In this document: piece by piece, positions 56,680-64,000 of the stretch
Layout: every line of letters starts with the position of its first letter
Position numbering within the stretch: position 1 is the stretch's first letter
Source of the DNA: Epithemia pelagica
Taxonomy: Eukaryota > Protista > Bacillariophyta
DNA: 64,000 bases
Reading direction: 5' to 3'
Assembly (NCBI GenBank): GCA_946965045.2
Contig: OX337228.1
Location: 2,728,001 to 2,792,000 of the forward strand
Translations under genes and position numbers: made by a program
Notes under the pieces: generated by a model
Databases searched by the model: none
What the model was told of the DNA's origin: nothing
The model's input: only the letters and a program-made list of their open reading frames with translations

Positions 56680-58321
56680 CGGATATCCGTACCCCCTAGC
56701 GGAAGGGTGAGTCCAGGTTGATCGTGATTCAAGGTTCACCCCCAAGGCTCGATCTCGCTCATCCGTCTTTGACCCAAACCCAAAATTTCATTACACACAT
56801 TCACTGCATCCACCACGGAGGGTGGAGGTGCAACAGACTACCATGTCGTCCTCCTAGTCTTCTTCGTCACACAAGCGACACCGTTGGTCCCAACGTGATG
56901 TTAGAGAATGTTATGGCGACGCAGAGACGAAAGCAACGTCCATAGCAAGCAGTATTGAAGCCGCCAACCATGGCACCATTATCGCCAAAAATCAAGGCTC
57001 CTTGTCCAAACCCACTGCTGCTGCTCCATCCTCCGTCCCTGGCAATGACCGTTCCCCTCCAGTCGATGCACCCTCTCCCAACCTTCCCGATGTCCCTGAG
57101 ATGAATTCTAGCAGAGACGAGGATGGTGGTTTTCACAACGGAGATTACACTGCAGACGTAGTATAACGTTGCACACTCATGTTTCCTTACTGGATACTAC
57201 CATTTCAGTGCTCACAGCTATTGGACAATGGCTGTCCTTCATCAATGAGGTTTGTGAGTCCTTGGACGATGGAGAAGACACAACGTTTTTGGATGCGGAA
57301 GGGCAGTGTCATGATTTGCTCAATAATGTAAAGGATTCAACCAAACAATGTGCTCAAAACCCGGAAGGTGGACTCATTCAAAGTTTGGAGACGGAGCTAT
57401 CCATTGGGGTTTGGAATTCTGGGGCCATTACATACAATCCGGTTGCAAGGTTCTCACACAGTCGACAAAAGGACTGAACAAAGGTTGAAATTTGTTGAGT
57501 AATAGTCTTGGCATGTAGAATGGTTCACTGGGACACCAAATAAGACAAGTACTCTGTAGAATGGTTCACCAAGTACTGGCGCTGGGACACCAATTGTTTC
57601 GGGGAAATAGGTTTTGAGGTGCTTTTGTTTGATTGATGCTTTGTCGCCACCCAACAGTGTCGATTCATCTGCATGGTCCATAATGTTGATGAACTCGCTT
57701 GTCCCATGACAATGGCCACCATTTGTGCTCTAGATGTACGATAATAAGGGGTAGGGACCACGGGAGGCATTCGAGCGGAAGCAAATGGATCCAGATCACA
57801 TTTTGGAGCAGGTTCATCTGTTCCGTGGTTGTTGGTGTTTGTAACGTATTGGTGGTGGTGGTTTGAAGCCGTAGAAGTGTCCGAGCAGTTCGTTTCAACG
57901 CCAGGACGGCCCATGAGGTGGGTAGGGATAGGGTCGACAACTCGGGTCGGATTGGGCGGGTGCATAATGGCGTCGGATGGATGGTTTTCGTTCGGGTTGT
58001 TGTTGCTTCCCATTGCATTGTCGTGGTACTGAGATCTAAATGGAAGCAGCGGGTCGGACCGGTTGGTTTCCACGCCAGGAGTGTCCCTTGGGTTGGTAGA
58101 GACAGGATGAACAACGCGGGTGGACTTCGGAGGGTCCATGGGTGCTGCTACAACCACAGCAAGATGGGCCTCGTGGTGTTTGCGTTGTGGTAGTTGTGAG
58201 TTTGGGTCAAAGTCGGAAAATCGCCAATTTTGAGAATCGCGCCTTGGGGGTGAGTATCAGAATGCTCCCTCTCTCATTCACGACCAGGACTCACCCTTCC
58301 GCTAGGGAGTACGGATATCCG
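56680..58321. mobile_element. Non-autonomous 1.64-kb TIR element with long imperfect TIRs, flanked by CGGATATCCG
   Basis: 56680-56714 vs 58287-58321 inverted (1 mismatch); further inverted blocks 56736-56753/58236-58253 and 56763-56782/58197-58216. Confidence 0.85.
57525..58139 (-). other. Cargo ORF inside the TIR element with a 58-aa internal duplication
   Basis: PPKSTRVVHP...PGVETNRSD and PPNPTRVVDP...PGVETNCSD, 174-nt period; no known domain. Confidence 0.45.
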
Positions 58322-58622
58322 ATAGACGAAGTTTAAGCCTCAATCTAGATCATACATGTACGATATGCGCGACTGCATGACGGGCATATCAATGATATGA
58401 GTGGACAGAACGTCACAGTGTCCATACCAACGGTGAATTCGCAAAACCAGATTGGATGGCCACGTTGCATTGTTTTGACATCATCAAGTACGCGATGGCG
58501 ATGTTGCAGAACTCGGAGGGGTTGGGTTTTGAGTATGCGCATTTCATTCCCTTTGTTTTGCTGATCGGTCGAGCTTGTCAACCATTGGATGGCAATGATC
58601 AATCAGCATCTCTTTCCTAGCG

Positions 58623-59300
58623 ATGACACAAAATACGGCACAAGTGCTCTCCCGTTCAATGGGGAAGCAGAGCGGAGACAGCGCACTTCCACAACGAACC
58701 ATTCTTGCTCCAAAGTCGTGCAGTAGATCACCCCTTGACTCGGAGGACCCCTCTCCAGTTGCGTACTTGCGGAGATTATTTGGCCTTTCTTCAGGGGGTC
58801 AACATATTCTTATTGGGAGGCATCTTCACTCTCCATGGGCAAAGCCGTCACAAGAAAACATTGATGCCTACAGTTTAGATGCTGTCAAAGCGATTCGTGA
58901 TCGGAATATCAGCAAGTTACGTGAAATGATTGAGGAAGGAACCTCACTGAATGCATGTAATCGCTTTGGTGAATCTCTGATGCACATGGCTTGTCGTCGC
59001 GGAGACGAGGAAATCGTAAGATTGCTTTTACTAGAGGGCAATGTTCGCCTTGATTTACGAGATGACTTTGGACGAACTCCTCTTCACGATGCCTGCTGGA
59101 CAAGTAAACCAAATTTTGTCGTCCTTGACTTACTTCTAAAGGTTTGTCCGCCAGAGTTGCTTCTCGCTGAAGATGTTCGGGGACATACACCATTTCATTA
59201 CGCTCGGAGAGAGCACTGGGATGGATGGCTTGATTTTCTCAAAGAAAGACAAGACAAATTGCTTGCAATGATATCCTCACATGCGCTTGTAGTTGGGTGA
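58623..59300 (+). CDS. Ankyrin-repeat protein
   Basis: GESLMHMACRRG, GRTPLHDACW, GHTPFHYA. Confidence 0.9.
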   Translation: MTQNTAQVLSRSMGKQSGDSALPQRTILAPKSCSRSPLDSEDPSPVAYLRRLFGLSSGGQHILIGRHLHSPWAKPSQENIDAYSLDAVKAIRDRNISKLREMIEEGTSLNACNRFGESLMHMACRRGDEEIVRLLLLEGNVRLDLRDDFGRTPLHDACWTSKPNFVVLDLLLKVCPPELLLAEDVRGHTPFHYARREHWDGWLDFLKERQDKLLAMISSHALVVG

Positions 59301-59900
59301 CGCACTGTTACTGCTATGGCAATCACCCGGGGGTAGTTTGACGCTTTGTGGAGGCTGTCTTTTCCAATAATCGCACCATTCATACTTTATGGAGACTCGG
59401 CTATGAAGCGCAACTGTGCGTCTGGGTCATTCATCGAGCGTGACAGTATGATAAACGATCATATCATGTTGTTGGTTGTGGAGGACAAGCCTCGGCTTTC
59501 TAGACATGGGCAAGCAGAATCCAATTTTCTAGAAGACAATAGATGACTTCGGTCCTAACGCAAAACGCAATAATAGAGCATCCCGATACTTCCTCGACTC
59601 ATACATTTTCTTCGATCCCTACTATCCTTTTCTCCCTATTCACTGTCCATGTGCATACGGTCCACGGTTGCAATGCGCCTTCGAAGTTCTACGATTGGAA
59701 TCGGAGTACTATTCCACCTCTGGTAAAGAAATTAATGCTAATGTTCCCAGAATGGATGTCGCTTATACGAAGAGGTTCACTTTGATAGTAACGTGAGTTT
59801 AATTTATCCGGTGACAACAAGAGCTGCCCTACTTTTAATCAAACACCATCAAAAAGACGTGCACACATATAGTCACAGAAGCTCTACGCTGGACGGGATC

Positions 59901-62051
59901 TTAGAATGTTTGTTGAGGCGGTTGTGCGGTTGGCGAAGGTCCACCAAAAGGGGTTGGTTGCGGTGCCCCATATGGACTTTGCTGTGGCGGAGGAGGGGCC
60001 CCGTATGGGGACGGCTGTGGAGGCGGAGGAGCTCCATATGGGTTCTGAGGAGGAGGAGCCCCGTAAGGACCGGGTTGTGGTGGAGGCGGCGCACCGTAGG
60101 GGCCTGGTGGTGGTGGTTGAGCCGCGGGAGCTCCGTACGGTTGTTGGGACGTAGGAGGAGCCCCGTAGGGATTCGGTGCTCCATACAGACCTTGTTGTTG
60201 AGGAGAAAGCACCAGCTGTTGTTGTTGTTGTTGATGGGGCGCTGTCACAGACAGGTCCATGGAGACAGAAGGAGCAACACTATGCTGCTGGACGGACACA
60301 TCGTCCCAATTGTCCATATCAAGCAAATCCGAGTCTTTCCCCTCTTTCTCAATATCATTGGACCCTGGTTGAGCGGCACCATTGGCAACTGCGTACTGCC
60401 GACGCTCTGTGTCGTTGCTCTCCGCAGGAAGATGCTGACGAGGTTGACCTGTCAAGCAAGCAACAAATAAACACAAGTTAGTGAAATGGAAAATCATTGT
60501 ATGACATGTCCAGACTCTACCAACCAAGCAAACTCGAACAAAACATGACGTACCACTGCGTTCACCTTCTTCGCTATCATCGGCACTTCTGGATGGTTGT
60601 GGTTGACGAACAGCACCGGTGGCTCGAATTCCATTATTTAGCGGAGTGTTTCGCATGCACTCAACAATGGCTTGACGAAGATCGTCCACTTCCTTCGGAT
60701 TGTAGGATCCAAATGCGGCAGCAATAGTTGGTCCATAGTCCATCCAGCGTTCGAGCTTGAATTGGCGAATCATTTTACTTCCATAAGTCTTCGTGCGGCT
60801 TTGTGTTACCTGGTACCCCCTCACACTAGGTTTGTACAAATCATGGACAAAGTTAACCGCCAGTTTGATAAGAAAGTTTCGCTGGGCCTGGTTGTGGTAG
60901 GGATTGTTGAGCCAGTCGTTAAAGTCCGACTGAGAGCGGAACCAAAGCATGGTGTGGGGACCGTACTGCACCCAATAGGCCTGTTTCCATTTCTTCATCA
61001 CAATGGTTCGGAACGAAATACGCGAAAGAACAAAGCCCTTCTTTCGAACAAGTTCTGGCTTTGGGAGAGGAGATGCACCCGGAACAACAGCCGTTCGCTG
61101 CAATTCACGGCCATATTCTGCTTGTTTCTGATCACGCTCCGTCTCTAAACGGCGCGTGGTATCTTGATCGCGATCTACATAATTCTGTTGGGGATCATGT
61201 CGGTTGACCGCTCCGTGGTCGCGAGCGACCGGTTTGGATGCACTATCGGGGTCGTAACGATCCAAGTGTTGCACCGATACCTGCTGCTGGGGTTGCGGAG
61301 GCGTGGGTTGGCTTTGGGGAGGAGGAGGAGCCGCAGCAGCAGCTTGAGGAACCAATTCTTGAGAAGGATAAGACTGCGGAGGAGGTGGAGCTTGTTGAGG
61401 TGGAGGAGGAGCTACAGGCTGTGGCACAATTGCTTGTGGCTGTGGCGGAGGAGGGGGTGGTGGAGCAAACGGGTCAAAGGACTTTGCTCCAGAAGCTGTA
61501 GAGCTAGGTGAGGCCACGCCCCAAGGAGAGCTTTGCTGCGCCGCAGGTACAATGGCACCAGGCGTGGAAGCAGCAAAGGGATTGTCTTGTTGCTGAGGAG
61601 GAGGAGGAGCAACGGCATAGGGATTCGATTGTTGAGGTGCAACAACCATTGCCGCGTTTCCAGGAGCGGCGGGGGGCATGCCGATATTGCTAGGAGGAAA
61701 ACCACCTCCAGCAAAGGTAGGCGATGGTTGTGGAGGGAGACCGGCATTCGGTGGTGGAGGCTGACCAAAAGGAGCCGGATGACCCCCTCCGGCCGGTGCC
61801 ATGGGTGACGGTGGAGGCCCACCGCCAGCACTAAAGGGATTATCACCCATTGCTCCAGGCACCGCATTGGAAGAGCCATTGGGAAAGGGTTGCTGAGACG
61901 CTTGCGCAGGGTACGGAGAAGGCACTTGGTTAGTCGGAGATGGCTGCTGTGGCGGCGGCGCTGAGGACATGGGATCGAAGGGATTGCCTGCCATGGGCTG
62001 TGAGCCGTTGGGAATGCCTCCAGGAGGCGGTGCAAATGGATTTCCTTCCAT
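59901..62051 (-). CDS. Pro/Gln-rich protein with central PH-like domain and NPF motifs; intron 60449-60553
   Basis: KKGFVLSRISFRTIVMKKWKQAYWVQYG...FRSQSDFNDW is PH-like; four NPF, one DPF, LLDMD; first ATG at 62051. Confidence 0.75.
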   Translation of the reverse strand: MEGNPFAPPPGGIPNGSQPMAGNPFDPMSSAPPPQQPSPTNQVPSPYPAQASQQPFPNGSSNAVPGAMGDNPFSAGGGPPPSPMAPAGGGHPAPFGQPPPPNAGLPPQPSPTFAGGGFPPSNIGMPPAAPGNAAMVVAPQQSNPYAVAPPPPQQQDNPFAASTPGAIVPAAQQSSPWGVASPSSTASGAKSFDPFAPPPPPPPQPQAIVPQPVAPPPPQQAPPPPQSYPSQELVPQAAAAAPPPPQSQPTPPQPQQQVSVQHLDRYDPDSASKPVARDHGAVNRHDPQQNYVDRDQDTTRRLETERDQKQAEYGRELQRTAVVPGASPLPKPELVRKKGFVLSRISFRTIVMKKWKQAYWVQYGPHTMLWFRSQSDFNDWLNNPYHNQAQRNFLIKLAVNFVHDLYKPSVRGYQVTQSRTKTYGSKMIRQFKLERWMDYGPTIAAAFGSYNPKEVDDLRQAIVECMRNTPLNNGIRATGAVRQPQPSRSADDSEEGERSGTSCFVRVCLVGRVWTCHTMIFHFTNLCLFVACLTGQPRQHLPAESNDTERRQYAVANGAAQPGSNDIEKEGKDSDLLDMDNWDDVSVQQHSVAPSVSMDLSVTAPHQQQQQQLVLSPQQQGLYGAPNPYGAPPTSQQPYGAPAAQPPPPGPYGAPPPPQPGPYGAPPPQNPYGAPPPPQPSPYGAPPPPQQSPYGAPQPTPFGGPSPTAQPPQQTF

Positions 62052-62649
62052 TGTTACAAAACAAGACAATAAAAAGCTCTATTCCCGATTGATTCTAAAT
62101 CTTTCCGAGTCAATCTTTTTCAAACCAAAGCTGTTCACCTCAGTGTTCACTTTTCACGGGCGTTGGCTGCGGCTACACAGTCCAAAGTCCAAAGTCCAAA
62201 ATGACAAAATCCAAAAATCCGTCCGTTGGCCTCGACGGAGCAACGAGCGACAACCCATCTTTCCGAAATACGAAACCTTTCGAATCGTTCCCGCTCGCTT
62301 TAGATGTCTCTCTTGCAAACAGAGCAGACTTTCCTACTCCTCTATCGGGAGTCGAGAATTGTATGAGAAACTATACCTCTCTAGAGAGCATCTGCGCTTC
62401 GACAGTTAATGGACTTCCTGTATACAGAACCGAGAGACGAGAAAGGAACAAGCTCGACTTCGCTGGTTAGGTGAGGGCAGGAAACGATCTTGGTACTTCC
62501 ATTCCTTTTCCCAGTCAAAACTTGAATCTAAACACTTTTGCGCCAATGTGGAAAACATTCCTCTAGAGTAGGTATCCGAATATTACGTGAAGGCGACTAG
62601 ATTGCTATCAACCACAGAAACCTGAATAGTCAGCCTTTGAAATCCTCCG

Positions 62650-64000
62650 CTAGGTATGATCTTCCGCAATGACAAAAACAGAACCTGTCTTGTCGTCGGC
62701 AACCGCAAGAGCCATAAAGTCTCGTAATAAGGCGAGGCTTTCGTGTTTGAGATTCTCATCATGCTCGCAGGTTTCATCGTCACACCTTTGTCCAACCGCT
62801 TCCATCAAGTCGGACAACAAATTCGAAAGCGAGGTACACGCATTATTCCCCTGGACCGCGAAATCTTGGTCAATATAGTGCGGCAGCATGAGCTTTAAAA
62901 ATTCCACATCGATTTGCAGTTGCTTAAAACCTGACCGGGAAAAGGCAAACAAGCGAACAGATTCCAATAGACCACGGAATGCCACCTTTAACATGAAAAA
63001 GATGAGAGCACTCCTCGAAAAGTCCATCTGCTCAGAAGGATGCAAATGAATACTCAATTTCTCCTTGAAAATACGCTCCACATCAATTTGAAGACTTGAT
63101 TTTAGACCAACGATCGAAGTACTGGACATGCCGACCATGCCATCGTCCAGTTCTGGAACGGGACCTGCTCGGCTTGGACCATCAAATATGTACGAGCATT
63201 CCATTGCGACAGCCTTGACAACTCCCAACGCCAAACATGTTGTCGCACGAGGCGAATCACAGGAATGATTTTCGTTGGACAAGCTTTCTAGACCCATGAC
63301 AAGAAGAGAGGCCGCTTCGGCGCCCTTTTGGGACGTGTAGAGAGCAAAGACACGCGACGCCGCAAGTCGGAACCGTAGCGTCACCTCATCGTCTTCGGAA
63401 GTTTTAGTTTCACCTAGTTCCCCTCCGGAAAACATGTGTCTCGCTCGTCGTTTGCCGGTACCCAAATGAGACGCCATGGATTGTTCTAAATTCTCACTCA
63501 AAGATCCTTGTGCCAATCGACACATTTCAGCAATCGCAATTATAAAGGCAATCTCCACCCCACCGCCGTCTTGTGGAACCCGTAACTCCAGACGCGCTGA
63601 TTTGATCAGCTCCATAATCGTTTCATTATCTTTCATTTCACTGCTTGCACCATACGCCATACCAAAACTTGTCGATGATTCAATGGGAGCCACAAAATTT
63701 TCATTAGTGGTTTCGTCCATTTCTTCCTCAATATCTTGAGCGACGTCTACCACCCACGCCTCTCCACCGGCCAGAACCTCGAGTGCGCTTGCAAGCCAGC
63801 TGGTGAATTCTTTTGTACTGTCTTGCACGGCCTCCTTGAGAACCGCGGAAATGTTTTCAGGATCTGCCTTGCCAGCCTCGTTGTTGTCGGTCCCGTCGCT
63901 CCGCGAGTTGGTTCCACTGGTACCTGCAAGGATACTGCGGATCGTATCATCGACCAACTGGAGGCAGTCCGACAGCGTAGTGCTCGCAACTGCACGCGCT
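62650..64000 (-). CDS. VPS51: VPS51 (GARP/EARP subunit), 3' part; 5' end lies beyond the window
   Basis: C-terminal LKVAFRGLLESVRLFAFSRSGFKQLQIDVEFL...LLSDLMEAVGQRC matches the Vps51/Ang2 C-terminus. Confidence 0.8.
   Translation of the reverse strand, partial: ARAVASTTLSDCLQLVDDTIRSILAGTSGTNSRSDGTDNNEAGKADPENISAVLKEAVQDSTKEFTSWLASALEVLAGGEAWVVDVAQDIEEEMDETTNENFVAPIESSTSFGMAYGASSEMKDNETIMELIKSARLELRVPQDGGGVEIAFIIAIAEMCRLAQGSLSENLEQSMASHLGTGKRRARHMFSGGELGETKTSEDDEVTLRFRLAASRVFALYTSQKGAEAASLLVMGLESLSNENHSCDSPRATTCLALGVVKAVAMECSYIFDGPSRAGPVPELDDGMVGMSSTSIVGLKSSLQIDVERIFKEKLSIHLHPSEQMDFSRSALIFFMLKVAFRGLLESVRLFAFSRSGFKQLQIDVEFLKLMLPHYIDQDFAVQGNNACTSLSNLLSDLMEAVGQRCDDETCEHDENLKHESLALLRDFMALAVADDKTGSVFVIAEDHT

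Overview
Compact eukaryotic nuclear DNA, most likely from a diatom: short GT-AG introns, signal peptide plus transit peptide presequences, and DUF6824-type proteins. About 24 host genes are recognisable: CRAL-TRIO, FDXACB1/BMT5-like, RWA/Cas1p-SGNH fusion, PAB, ZUP1-like peptidase, UDP/dTDP-glucose 4,6-dehydratase, MRE11, AAGAB, ApaH-like phosphatase, GPI, thioredoxin/PDI, HECT E3, ValRS, Hsp70, RlmD-like methyltransferase, FKBP, ABC1 kinase, DUF6824, ankyrin, a PH-like adaptor and a partial VPS51. The main accessory feature is an intact, apparently very young 8.9-kb tyrosine-recombinase retrotransposon (9949-18894) with split direct repeats A1-ORFs-B1-A2-B2. Three features of it stand out. 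(i) A consensus splice donor just after the gag ATG (10259) and a strong acceptor at the start of the recombinase frame (16217) would join in frame, predicting a spliced recombinase mRNA. (ii) The N-terminus of pol shows the ordered motif skeleton of a cytosine-C5 DNA methyltransferase without the catalytic PC. (iii) gag and pol are in frame, separated by one TGA. Two non-autonomous TIR elements (88-708 and 56680-58321) and a 49-bp foldback are also present. All domain calls were made by eye from motifs; no database searches were run.
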